Part shown: piece after piece, positions 11,448 through 22,939 of the stretch
Layout of the letters: each line of letters opens with the position of its first letter
How positions within the stretch are numbered: the first letter of the stretch is position 1
Assembly (NCBI RefSeq): GCF_964194155.1
Contig: NC_135905.1
Location: 8,928,001 to 8,992,000 of the forward strand
DNA length: 64,000 nt
Source: Cetorhinus maximus
Taxonomy: Eukaryota
Reading direction: 5' to 3'
Made by a program: the position numbers and the translations under genes
Notes under the pieces: model-generated
Seen by the model: the letters and a program-made list of their open reading frames with translations, nothing else
Told to the model about the DNA's origin: nothing
Databases searched by the model: none

Positions 11448-14400
11448 TGCTGGGTTTCCCCTCTGGAACGCACTATGCTGAACTTCCCCTCTGGGGCAGC
11501 CTGGGCTGCATCTCCCCCTCTGGGGCAGCCTGGGCTGCATCTCCCCCTCTGGGGCAGCCTGGGCTGCATCTCCCCCTCTGGGGCAGCCTGGGCTGCATCT
11601 CCCCCTCTGGGGCAGCCTGGGCTGCATCTCCCCCTCTGGGACAGCCTGGGCTGCATCTCCCGCTATGGGGCTGAGCGGGCTGGATCTCCCCTCCGGGGCT
11701 GACCGGGATGCATCTCCCCTCCGGGACAGCCTGGGCTGCATCTCCCCTCTGTGACAGCCTGGGCTGCATCTCCCCTCTGGGACAGCCTGGGCTGGATCTC
11801 CCCTCTGGGACAGCCTGGGCTGGATCTCCCCTCTGGGACAGCCTGGGCTGGATCTCCCCTCTGGGGCTGACCGGGCAGAATCTCCACTCTGGGGCTGACC
11901 GGGCAGGATCTCCCCTCTGGGGCTGACCGGGCAGGATCTCCCCTCTGGGGCTGACCGGGCAGAATCTCCCCTCTGGGGCTGACCGGGCAGAATCTCCCCT
12001 CTGGGGCTGACCGGGCAGAATCTCCCCTCTGGGGCTGACCGGGCAGAATCTCCCCTCTGGGGCTGACCGGGCAGAATCTCCCCTCTGGGGCTGACCGGGC
12101 AGAATCTCCCCTCTGGGGCTGACCGGGCAGAATCTCCACTCTGGGGCTGACCGGGCAGAATCTCCCCTCTGGGGCTGACCGGGCAGAATCTCCCCTCTGG
12201 GGCTGACCGGGCAGAATCTCCCCTCTGGGGCTGACCGGGCAGAATCTCCGCTCTGGGGCTGACCGGGCAGAATCTCCCCTCTGGGGCTGACCGGGCAGAA
12301 TCTCCCCTCTGGGGCTGACCGGGCAGAATCTCCCCTTCGGGGCTGACCGGGCAGAATCTCCCCTCTGGGGCTGACCAGGCTGCATCTCCCCTTCGGGGCA
12401 GCCTGGGCTGGATCGTTCCTCTGGGATTGACCGGGCTGCATCTCCCCCTCTGGGACAGCCTGGGCTGCATCTCCCCCTCTGGGACAGCCTGGGCTGCATC
12501 TCCCCCTCTGGGACAGCCTGGGCTGCATCTCCCCCTCTGGGACAGCCTGGGCTACATCTCCCCCTCTGGGACAGCCTGGGCTTCAACTCCCCTCTGGGGC
12601 TGAATGGGCTGCATCTCCCCCTCTGGGGCAGCCTGGGCTGCATCTCCCCCTCTGGGGCAGCCTGGGCTGCATCTCCCCCTTTGGGACAGAATGGGCTGCA
12701 TCTCCCCCTCTGGGATAGCCTGGGCTGCATCTCCCCCTTTGGGACAGAATGGGCTGCATCTCCCCCTCTGGGGCAGCCTGGGCTGCATCTCCCCTCTGGG
12801 ACAGCCTGGGCTGGATCTCCCCTCTGGGACAGCCTGGGCTGGATCTCCCCTCTGGGACAGCCTGGGCTGGATCTCCCCTCTGGGACAGCCTGGGCTGGAT
12901 CTCCCCTCTGGGGCTGACCGGGCAGAATCTCCCCACTGGGGCTAACCGGGCAGAATCTCCCCTCTGGGGCTAACCGGGCAGAATCTCCCCTCTGGGGCTG
13001 AACAGGCTGCATCTCCCCCTCTGGGACAGCCTGGGCTGCATCTCCCCTCTGGGGCTGACTGGGCTGCATCTCCCCTCTGGGGCTGACCGGGCAGAATCTC
13101 CCCTCTGGGGCTGACCGCGCAGAATCTCCCCTCTGGGGCTGACCGCGCAGAATCTCCCCTCTGGGGCTGACCGCGCAGAATCTCCCCTCTGGGGCTGACC
13201 GGGCAGAATCTCCCCTCTGGGGCTGACCGGGCAGAATCTCCCCTCTGGGGCTGACCGGGCTGCATCTCCCCTTCGGGGCTGACTGGGCTGCATCTCCCCT
13301 TCGGGGCTGACCGGGCTGCATCTCCCCTTCGGGGCTGACCAGGCTGCATCTCCCCCTCTGGGACAGCCTGGGCTGCATCTCCCCCTTTGGGACTGAATGG
13401 GCTGCATCTCCCCCTCTGGGGCAGCCTGGGCTGCATCTCCCCTCTGGGACAGCCTGGGCTGGATCTCCCCTCTGGGGCAGCCTGGGCTGCATCTCCCCTC
13501 TGGGACAGCCTGGGCTGGATCTCCCCTCTGGGACAGCCTGGGCTGGATCTCCCCTCTGGGACAGCCTGGGCTGGATCTCCCCTCTGGGGCTGACCGGGCA
13601 GAATCTCCCCTCTGGGGCTAACCGGGCAGAATCTCCCCTCTGGGGCTGAACAGGCTGCATCTCCCCCTCTGGGACAGCCTGGGCTGCATCTCCCCTCTGG
13701 GGCTGACTGGGCTGCATCTCCCCTCTGGGGCTGACCGGGCAGAATCTCCCCTCTGGGGCTGACCGCGCAGAATCTCCCCTCTGGGGCTGACCGCGCAGAA
13801 TCTCCCCTCTGGGGCTGACCGCGCAGAATCTCCCCTCTGGGGCTGACCGGGCAGAATCTCCCCTCTGGGGCTGACCGGGCAGAATCTCCCCTCTGGGGCT
13901 GACCGGGCTGCATCTCCCCTTCGGGGCTGACTGGGCTGCATCTCTCCTTCGGGGCTGACCGGGCTGCATCTCCCCTTCGGGGCTGACCGGGCTGCATCTC
14001 CCCTTCGGGGCTGACCAGGCTGCATCTCCCCTTCGGGGCAGCCTGGGCTGGATCGTTCCTCTGGGACTGACCGGGCTGCATTTCCCCCTCTGGGGCAGCC
14101 TGGGCTGCATCTCCCCTCCGGGGCTGAGTGGGCTGCATCTCCCCCTCTGGGGCAGCCTGGGCTGCATCTCCCCTCTGGGGCTGAGTGGGCTGCATCTCCC
14201 CCTTTGGGACTGAATGGGCTGCATCTCCCCCTTTGGGACTGAATGGGCTGCATCTCCCCCTCTGGGGCAGCCTGAGCTGCATCTCCCCCTCTGGGGCAGC
14301 CTGGGCTGCATCTCCCCCTCTGGGGCAGCCTGGGCTGCATCTCCCCCTCTGGGGCAGCCTGGGCTGCATCTCCCCCTCTGGGGCAGCCTGGGGGGCATCT

Positions 14401-14800
14401 CCCCCTTTGGGACTGAATGGGCTGCATCTCCCCCTCTGGGGCAGCCTGGGCTGCATCTCCCCCTCTGGGGCAGCCTGGGCTGCATCTCCCCCTCTGGGGC
14501 AGCCTGGGCTGCATCTCCCCCTCTGGGGCAGCCTGGGCTGCATCTCCCCCTCTGGGGCAGCCTGGGCTGCATCTCCCCCTCTGGGGCAGCCTGGGGGGCA
14601 TCTCCCCCTTTGGGACTGACCAGGCTGCATCTCCCCCTCTGGGACTGACCAGGCTGCATCTCCCCCTCTGGGACTGACCAGGCTGCATCTCCCCCTCTGG
14701 GACTGACCAGGCTGCATCTCCCCCTCTGGGACTGAATGGGCTGCATCTCCCCCTTTGGGACAACCTGGGCTGCATCTCCCCCTCTGGGGCAGCCTGGGCT
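11448..14800. repeat. GC-rich mosaic minisatellite of 28/29-bp units (roughly 115 units) in HIF1AN intron 1
   Basis: Variant units CTCTGGGGCAGCCTGGGCTGCATCTCCCC, CTCTGGGGCTGACCGGGCAGAATCTCCC, CTCTGGGACAGCCTGGGCTGGATCTCCC, CTTTGGGACTGAATGGGCTGCATCTCCCC; degenerate units at the left edge. Confidence 0.98.
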
Positions 14801-14941
14801 GTTTTGGACAGAATCAGCTGGCTCTACCCAACACAGACAACCACCACCACCTTCCCCCTTCCTGTCCCCACATCCTGCCCTATGCAACCCCCCCCACCCC
14901 CTCTCCCTCTCCCTCCTCCACCTCCTCCTCCTCTCTGTTAC

Positions 14942-15073
14942 CTCATTGTCTATTAGCGCCTCGACCCGCGGATCGCTGTAGGACATCCTGGGGATGTCCT
15001 TGGTGGCGAAGGTGTACTTCCTCAGCTGAACCTCGCTCCAATGCCGGCTTTCATCTCCACTCCGCTCCGCCAT
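14942..15073 (-). CDS. HIF1AN: Hypoxia-inducible factor 1-alpha inhibitor (FIH-1), coding exon 1
   Basis: MAERSGDESRHWSEVQLRKYTFATKDIPRMSYSDPRVEALIDNE matches the FIH N-terminus (human [33 protein letters not shown]); GCCATGG Kozak; phase-0 donor GAG|GTAACA; head-to-head with NDUFB8 as in human. Confidence 0.92.
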
Positions 15074-15634
15074 GGCCTGCCGCCTGCCGCCTGCCAGGAG
15101 TCCGGCTCCGTGAAGAAGATCCGCACACACACAGACACACACACACCAACCAACCAAAAAAACCCCTCCCCCCCCACCCCAACCCCACCACCCCCCCCCC
15201 CCCCCCCCTCACTCCGGCTCCGCCAACAGCAAATCTCGCCTGACAGTCACCGCAGCGGCGGCGGAGCTCGAAAGCCCGGGGGTGGGGGAGGGTGGAAACA
15301 GGTCGCTGCGGCCTCGGCCGAAACGGGCGACCTCCTGGCGCAGCGCCCCCGCTAAGCTGGGAGGACAGCACCAGCTCAGTCCTTCGGGGGTCGGGGGGTG
15401 GGGAAGGAGCGGCGGCGGTGGCGGAACCTTAGCACAGCCCGCCCCCTGGAGGCCGGGAGGAATAAAAAATCGCCTCATTCTTCACTTGACACTACGGCCG
15501 GCCGGCCGGGTGTCCAACACTCATGCGCAGTACGCCCTTTCCTCCAACGCCTGCGCAGTGAAGGCTTCCCCCATCCCCATCCCCATCCGGGTTGCTCGTC
15601 TTCCTCCCACGCCTGCGCAGTGGGCCGAGGCGAG
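15074..15634. promoter_or_regulatory. CpG-island bidirectional promoter shared by HIF1AN and NDUFB8
   Basis: CpG-dense spacer between divergent ATGs; GC box CCCGCCCC; NRF1-like CATGCGCAG (15522) and ACGCCTGCGCAGTG twice (15547, 15609); YY1-like AGATGGCGG over the NDUFB8 ATG. Confidence 0.8.
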
Positions 15635-15725
15635 ATGGCGGTGAGTGCCACCTGGCTGCGCTCCTTTAGCAGGGGTGTAAGGCAGAGCCTGCAGCCGCCG
15701 AGGAGTTCGGCCTGTGTGAGGGCTG
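15635..15725 (+). CDS. NDUFB8: NADH:ubiquinone oxidoreductase subunit B8 (ASHI), exon 1 (mitochondrial transit peptide)
   Basis: MAVSATWLRSFSRGVRQSLQPPRSSACVRA, Arg/Ser-rich with no acidic residues; donor G|GTGAGT phase 1 joins exon 2 in frame. Confidence 0.88.
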
Positions 15726-16092
15726 GTGAGTATCAGTGATTCCATGGTAGGTTCCAAACTCCATTAAAGGGGAATGGTGACGTGGGAGTCGATGTAAGTG
15801 CAGTAACCTTGGAGATGGGGCAAGTGGGGTTAGGGGTCAGGCATAGGGTCAGCCTCAGGCACCACTTGTCTTATAGCTCTGGCTAAAAGCTTGGGGCAAA
15901 TGGCGGAAATCAGCTTTATTTTCAGTGAGGGATTGCAAAACTAGCTAAAAAATCTCTCAATTGTTAATTGTCAACCTGGCTGAGTGGAGCAGTAACAGTA
16001 AGAGTAGAGCCTCAGTCAGAAGGTCATGGATTCAATCCCCAATCCAGGCATATATATAATATACCTAAGTTCAGTTGTTAGGGCAGGTTTGG

Positions 16093-16225
16093 AAATAAAA
16101 TGCAAAATACTGTGGATGCTGGAGATCTGAAGTAAAAACAGAAAATCCTGGGAAAATTCAGTTCTGGCAGCATCGGTGGAGAGGGATCATGTTTTCAAGT
16201 CCAATATGACTCTTCTTCGGAACTC
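16093..16225 (-). mobile_element. Penelope-like element 3'-end fragment with degenerate hammerhead motif
   Basis: GCAAAATACTGTGGATGCTGGAGATCTGAA terminus; minus strand reads CCGAAGAAGAGTCATATTGGACTTGAAAAC. Confidence 0.6.
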
Positions 16226-16384
16226 TGGTTTGGAGATATTGTCTTTCGGACGAGACGTTAAACTGAACCACTGCCTGTCCGTTCAGGTGGATGTAAAGGA
16301 GTAGCAGAGGTCTCCAGCTGTGCTGGTTAACTCCTAACCACCGCCACCACCACCACCCCCCAAAGAGTGCCAACAACATCAATT

Positions 16385-16530
16385 CAAAAGCAAAATCCTG
16401 CGGATGCTGGAAATCTGAAATAAAGACAGAAAATGTTGGAAATACTCAGTGAGTCGGCCAGCATCTGTGGAGAAAGGATCCGTTTCAGGTCGATGACTGA
16501 CCTGAGTATTTCCAGAATTTTTCTGTTTAT
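16385..16530. mobile_element. Penelope-end-derived fold-back mini-element
   Basis: AAAGCAAAATCCTGCGGATGCTGGAAATCTGAAA...GGAAATACTCAG followed by inverted CTGAGTATTTCC. Confidence 0.6.
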
Positions 16531-17419
16531 GCCTGCAACATCAACTTGCTTTTATATGGCCCCTTTAACATTTTGATGTGACTTGGGACATTGGCTAGAA
16601 GTGTGATCAAAAAACTGAGCCAAGGAGGGAGATACGAGGAAGGGTGACCAAAATTTTGACACCGGATGTTGCTTTTAGGAAAGTCTTAAAGGAGTGTAGA
16701 GACAGAGGTGATGAGGTAGGGAATTCCAGATCATAAAAACAAATATTTACAGCACAGAAGGAGACTATTCAGTCCACCGTGTCTGTGCCAGCTGAAAAAT
16801 AGCTATTCAGTCTAATCCCACTTTCCAGTTTTTGGTCCTAAGCCCTGCAGGTTACAGCACCTTATGTGCACATCCAAGAATATTTAAATGTGATTAGGGT
16901 TTCTGCCTTTACCACATATTCAGGTGCTGAGTGATCATGGAGCCAAGGCAACCTAAGGCATTGCTGGGGGTGTATTGAAAAGGGTTTTGTGGTGGTGGGG
17001 GGATGTGGAATGCAAAAGAGGACAGTGGAACAGAAAGTTCGTGGGAGTTGTAAAGCTGGAGGAGGTTACTAAAATAGGGAGGGGGTGAGGTCATGAAGGG
17101 ATTTAAACACAAGAATAAGAATTTTAAATAGAGGTGTTGTAGGATGGGGAGCCAGTGTTTATCAGTGAGGATAGGAGTGATGGATGAACAGGAGTTGGTA
17201 TGAAATAGAATACTGGCAGTAGTATTGGTTATTTATGTTGGGTGGAGGCAGTAAGATGGACAGGAGAGCTTTGGATAAGTCTGTCCTTGAGGTAAGAGAG
17301 GCACGGATGAGGATTTTAGCAGGCCAAGTGAGGTAGGTTTGGAGGAGGACTATGTAAGTGGTGGTGTGTTTCAGTTCACTCAGAGTCTGAGTTGATGTGG
17401 CAACATGCACTTCTACATG

Positions 17420-17668
17420 CATGTTGTAGTCTGGAGCTATGGATAGCAATGTTAGAGTCTCCAACGTTCTTTGCATCACATGGCTGACCATGAATCTCTC
17501 CCGCTCTTACCACCTGCCATTGGCGTGTGTTGGAAGGATTTGCAGATTGATACTCAACCTGTTTGGCCGTGTTATGTTCTTTGGCCATCGAGTCCTGAGT
17601 TGGGGCTCGAACTTGGAGCTTCAGGTCCAGAAGCAGGGACGTGACCCACTGCACCACAAGACTGCCCA
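17420..17668 (-). mobile_element. Second tRNA-derived SINE family (further copies about 38690-38905 and 52645-52870)
   Basis: Minus-strand head GGCAGTCTTGTGGTGCAGTGGG...GTTCGAGCCCC; shared body GGAAGGATTTGCAGATTGATACTCAACCTGTTTGGCC in three places. Confidence 0.7.
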
Positions 17669-18073
17669 TTATGTAGGTGTAAGTAATAGTTTTTTGTGAT
17701 GCAGAGGATTTGGGGTAGAAAGCTCAGCTCGGAGTCAAATATGACACTGAGATTTCAAACAATTTGGTTCAGCCTGAGACAGTGGTGGGGCTGCGAATAG
17801 AATGTTGACAGCCTTGGCCCTTCACCTAGGTCCCTCAGCAAAATGAAGTCTAATTTCACAAGGGAGATATCTGAGGCATATGATGGACAGTGCCAACAAG
17901 TGTGGGCAGGTAGCTGTTGCCTTCCTGCTCCAATACATCTGTCTGCACAACGTGTGTCACTGAATCATGCTCTGCTTCCCAGGCAGGAGCGGGAGAAACT
18001 TTTTTTCAAAAAAAAAGAGTGGAAGGTTAACTTCCATTTTCTTTTCGTTAATGCTTTGTGTTTTGCTTCACAG

Positions 18074-18200
18074 CCTCCAGTATTTCTAAGGACATGCTGC
18101 CGGGTCCGTATCCCAGAACACCAGAGGAAAGAGCGAAAGCAGCTAAAAAGTACAATATGAGGGTGGAAGATTATGAGCCTTATCCTAATGATGGAATGGG
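18074..18200 (+). CDS. NDUFB8: NDUFB8 exon 2
   Basis: CAG| (A)[42 protein letters not shown] |GTGAGT; 127 nt. Confidence 0.97.
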
Positions 18201-20592
18201 GTGAGTGTATTTCTGCAAAATGTGTTTAATTATATCAGATAATGGAAATCAGAGGCGTACCAAAATTTCACGTTGAAGAAAATGTAATAGCTACTTACTT
18301 CAACAAAATTTAGTTTCTGCCTTTAATTGTTTTGATATGTTACCATATCTCAGTGAGGTTTCCCTTATCCAGTGAATGACTTGAGATAATCAGTATATGT
18401 TTTCTCTTGAAACTATTTATTAAGAAGTATTTACAGCTACATCATGGTAAGTACACGTTCTTGCACACCGTCTGCTCTGCGTCTTGCTGTCTGGGAGCCT
18501 CTTGGTCATCTGACTCTGATGCCATGCTTACATTATCATTACCAACATTGTCTCATTAACCTTTTACTCTACATTGATTTTTTAAAATATATTTGTTCAT
18601 GAGATGTGGGCGTCATTGGTAAGGACAACATATATTGCCCATCCCTAAGTGCCCTTGAGATGGTGGTAGTGAGCTACATTCCTTAGTACAATTGAGTGGA
18701 TTTTTAGGAGATTTCAGAGGGCGCTTAAGAATCAACCACATTTCTGTGGGTCTGGAGATAGTTATAGGCCAGACCGGGTAAGGATGGTAGATTTTCTTCC
18801 TTAAAGAGCATTAGTGAACCCGGAACAAAAACAGAAAATGCTGGAAAAACTCAGTAGGTCTAACAGCATCTGTGGAGAGAAAGACAGAGTTAATGTTTCG
18901 AGTCCGTATGACTCTTCTTCAGAGCTAAAGAGAAGTAAAAATGTGATGAAATTTATACGGTTAAATGGGGGTGGAGCAGGTGAAGTTGGATAGGAGGACA
19001 GCAATAGGTGGGGGCAAAGGAGAGATTGACAAAGATGTCATGAACAAAAGGACAAAGGGTTGTTAATGGTAGTGGTACTGGCTAAAGGAGGTGCTGATGG
19101 TGGCATTAAGAATAGAAAGCAGAATGTGATAATAGCAGGACAAGGGTAAGCACTCTGGAAAGAACAACATGAACAAGGGACAAGATGGCCCTAGTGGGGG
19201 TGGGGTGGGGGGAGGGGTCAGTGGTGGGAAAAAAGATCGAAAATAGGACAAAGGGCGGGGATAAAACAATGAATAAAAATTAAAATAAATAAAATTAAAA
19301 ATAAGTGGATAAAAAAAAAAAAAAAAATGAATTTTGAAAAAAGGGGATAAAAAAGGAGTGAGAATGAAGGAAAGAGTCCATGGTCTGAAATTGTTGAATT
19401 CAATGTTAAGTCTGGAAGGCTGTAGAGTGCCTAGTTGGAAGATGAGGTGCTGTTCCTTCAGTTTGCGTTGAGCTTCACTGGAACATTGCAGCAGGCCAAG
19501 GACGAACATGTGGGCATGAGAGCAGGATGGTGTGTTGAAATGGCAAGTGACAGGAATGTCTGGGTCATGCTTGCGGACAGACCAAAGGTGTTCCGCAAAG
19601 CGGTCATCCAATCTGCGTTTGGCCTCCAATGTAGAGGAGACCGCATTGGGAGCAGCGAATGCAGTAGACCAAATTGAAGGGTGTGCAAGAGAAGCGCTGC
19701 TTCACCTGAAAGGAGTGTTTGGGCCCTTGGACGGTGAGGAGGGAGGAGGTAAAGGGGCAGGTGTTGCACCTTCTGCGATTGCATGGGAAGGTGCCTTGGG
19801 AGGGGGATGAGGTGGCGGGGGTGATGGAGGGTTGGACCAGGGTGTCCCTGAAGGAACGGCCCCGACGGAATGCCGACGGGGGTGGGGTGAAGAGAAGATG
19901 TATTTGGCAGTGGCATCATGCTGGAGTTGGTGGAAATGGCGGAGGATGATCCTTTGAATTCGGAGGCTGGTGGGGTGAAAAGTGAGGACAAGGGGGGACC
20001 CTATCATGGTTCTGGGAGGGAGAAGAAAGTGTGAGGGCAGAGGCGCAGGAGATGGGTCGGACATGGTTGAGGGCCCTGTCAACCACAGTGGGTGGGAAAC
20101 CTCAGTTAAGGAAGAAGGAAGACATGTCAGAAGTGCAGTTTTGGAAAATGGCATCATTGGAACAGAAGTGACGGAGGCAAAGTAACTGAGAGAATGGGAT
20201 GGAGTCCTTAACAGGAAGCAGGGTGTGAGGAGCTGTAGTCAAAGGAGTTGGTGGGCTTGTAATGAATATTGGTGGACAGTCTATCACCAGAAATTGAGAA
20301 ATAGAGCTCAAGGAAGGGAAGTGTTGGTGATTGAGGGGTGGAAATTGGAAGCAAAATTGATTAATTTTTCCAGGCCCAGATGAGAGCATGAAGCGGCACC
20401 AAAACAGTCATCGATGTACCGAAAAAAGAGTTGTGGGAGGGGGCCTGAGTAGGACTGGAACAAGGAATATTCCACAAATCCCATAAAGAAACAGGCATAA
20501 CTGGGGCTCATGCGGGTACCCATAGCCACACCTTTTTATTTGGAGGAAGTGAGACAAGTTTAAGGAGAAATTGTTCAGTGAGAGAACAAGTT

Positions 20593-21435
20593 AGAGATCT
20601 TGGTGTACAAGTACACAGGTCCCTGAAGGCAGCAGTTCAAGTAGACAAGGTTGTAAAGAAGGCAAAAGCTAAAAGCAAAAAACTGCGGATGCTGGAAGTC
20701 CGAAACAAAAACAAAAATACCTGGAAAAACTCAGCAGGTCTGACAGCATCTGGTGAAGAGTCATACAGACTCGAAATGTTAACTGTATTCCTCTCCGCAG
20801 ATGCTGTCAGACCTGCTGAGTTTTTCCAGGTATTTTTGTTTTTGTAAAGAATGTATATGGAATGCTCTCCTTCATTGGCAGTGGTATAAAATATAAAAGT
20901 AAGGATATAATGTTGGAATTTTATAAAACACTGGTGAGGCCACAACTGGAGTATTGTATGCAGTTCTGGTTACCACATTACAGGAAGGACGTAATAGCTC
21001 TGGAGAGAGTGCAGAGGAGGTTTACAAGAATGTTGCCAGGGTTAGAAAAGTGTAGCTACGAGGAGAGATTGGATAGGTCGGGGTTATTTTCCTTAGAACA
21101 AAGAAGACTGAGAGGTGACTTGATTGAGGTGTACAAAATTATGAGGGGAATAGATAGAGTGGACAGGATAAAATTGTTTCCCTTGGTGGAGAATTCTAGA
21201 ACCAGGGGACATAGATTCAAGGTAAGTGGCAGAAGGCGCAGGGGGGACATGAGGAAGAACTTTTTTACGCAGAGGGTAGTGGGTGTCTGGAATTCACTGC
21301 CCAAGTTGGTGGTAGAGGCAGACACTCTCAACTCTTTTAAAAAGTACCTGGATCTGCACCTCAAGTGCTGTAAGCTGCAGGGTTATGGGTCGGGTGCAGG
21401 AAAGTGGGATTAGAAAGGGCACCTGGGTGGATCTG
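20593..21435 (+). mobile_element. CR1 LINE ORF2 C-terminal fragment nested in the Penelope element
   Basis: ORF 20862-21413 YKTLVRPQLEYCMQFW..LERVQRRFTRM..RRLRGDLIEVYKI..FFTQRVVGVWNSLP; the Penelope RT reads continuously across the insertion (AGTT on both sides). Confidence 0.9.
20670..20845. mobile_element. Penelope-end fold-back mini-element nested in the CR1
   Basis: About 50-bp inverted arms AAAAACAAAAATACCTGGAAAAACTCAGCAGGTCTGACAGCATCTG / CAGATGCTGTCAGACCTGCTGAGTTTTTCCAGGTATTTTTGTTTTT around CTGGTGAAGAGTCATACAGACTCGAAAT; TGTAAAGAA on both flanks. Confidence 0.8.
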
Positions 21436-22939
21436 AGTTCAGCCAGACAGAGGAGAGTGGTGGTGGATGGTGATTGTTCGGGCCTCTGTTCGAGGAAGAA
21501 GCAGAGGATCCTCAGATCATCCTGGTGGGGGATGGAGGTGTAGAAAGATTGGACGTCCATAGTGAAGAGGAGGCAGTTAGGGCCAGGGAACTGGAAATTG
21601 TTGATATAACGTAAGGCATCAGTGGAATCGCTGATGTAGGTGGGAAGAGACTGGACAAGGGGAGAGAGAATGGAGTCAAGATAGGAAGAAATAAGTTCTG
21701 TGGGACAGGAACAGGCTGACATGATCGGTCTACCGGGACAGTCCAGTTTGTGGATTTTGGGGAGGAGGTAGAAGCGGGTTGTCCAGGGTTGGGAGACTGT
21801 GAGGTTGGAAGCTGTGGAGGGCAGGTCTCCAGAGATGAGGTCAGTGACAGTCCTGGAAACAATGGCTTGATGTTCAGTGGTGGGGTCATGGTCCAGGGGC
21901 AGGTAGGAGAAGTGTCTGAGAGTTGGCGCTTAGCCTCTGCGAGGTAGAGGTCAGTATGCCAGACAACAACAGCACCACCCTTGTCGGCAGGTTTGATAAC
22001 AAAGTCAGGGTTGGACCTGAGAGAGCAGAGTGCGGCAATTTCAGAAGGAGACAGGTTAGAGTGGGTGAGAGGAGCAGAGAAATTGAGACAGCCGGTGTCA
22101 CGCCGACAGTTTTCAATGAAAAGATCAAGAGCAGGTAAGAAGCCAGAGAGAGGGGTCCAGGTGGAGAGAGAATACTGGAGGCGGGAGAAAGGATCAGTTG
22201 AATGGGGGAGGACTCTTGTCCAAAGAAGTGAGCACGGAGAATAAGGCGGTGGAAGAAGAGTTCAGCATTGTGCCGAGCCCAGAATTTCATTGAGGTGAGG
22301 GCGTAAGGGTATGAAACTGAGTCCTTTGCTGAGCACTGAACGTTCAGCATCAGAGAGGGGAAGGTCATAGGGTATGGTGAATACTCGGCAAGGGCTGGGA
22401 TTAGAAGACGGGATGGGGTCAGAGGACGGGAAGGGGTGGAGGGTCCTGGATGGACGTTGATATCAATGAGTTGTTGGAGCTTGCGTTCCTTAGCACCTGA
22501 AAGGAAGAGACAAAGTTTCTTGTTAAGGCGTTGGATGAGATGAATATTAAAAGGAAACTGGGGACAAGGACAGCTTAGTGAACGTGGTGTTGTTTTTTGG
22601 AAAACCAGTTGTTTCATGTGAAATGCACATGGGGGGAATGGGAGAACATACACAAGAGGGGCTGATAGAGGAAAGGAGGAATTTTTTAGAAAGGATTGGA
22701 AATAAACTGCTAAAACAATGACGAGAAGAGTGCATGTGAGAGGGAGAGGAAAAAAATGGACAAAGTGGAAATCGAACAGAAATGTGGTAGAAGGTGGAAA
22801 ATGTTCTTGCCAGTTGGAAGAGATGCAAAAAGATAGTAGGAGAGAGCGATTTTGTCTGTCACCAATGCCAGAAGATACAATCCCAGCCTTTCAAAACAAA
22901 ATTAATTGTGTCCAGTATTTGCAATTATGCTGACTTTAA

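Larger units (their letters stand above)
18822..22546 (-). mobile_element. Penelope-like retroelement (RT + GIY-YIG endonuclease), decayed, interrupted by a CR1
   Basis: RT motifs LFTMDVQSFYTSIPH, GVAMGTRMSPSYA, FFRYIDDCFG; endonuclease C-terminus KRRLDDRFAEHL..CHFN..EQHLIFQLGTLQPSRLNIEF; hammerhead-like CTGAAGAAGAGTCATACGGACTCGAAAC on the minus strand near 18896-18923. Confidence 0.9.

Noticed and set aside
11448-14800. CRISPR-like appearance (constant core with variable segments)
   Set aside because: Variable parts are a few recurring alleles rather than unique spacers; no cas genes; vertebrate intron
11310-14981. Many long overlapping ORFs (up to 591 aa) on both strands, collagen- or mucin-like
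   Set aside because: By-products of a stop-poor GC-rich minisatellite; the same peptides occur in all frames with no codon periodicity
15074-15157. N-terminal extension of HIF1AN suggested by the 1164-aa ORF start
   Set aside because: Non-ATG start running through a (GT)n tract; the ATG at 15073 has a strong Kozak context
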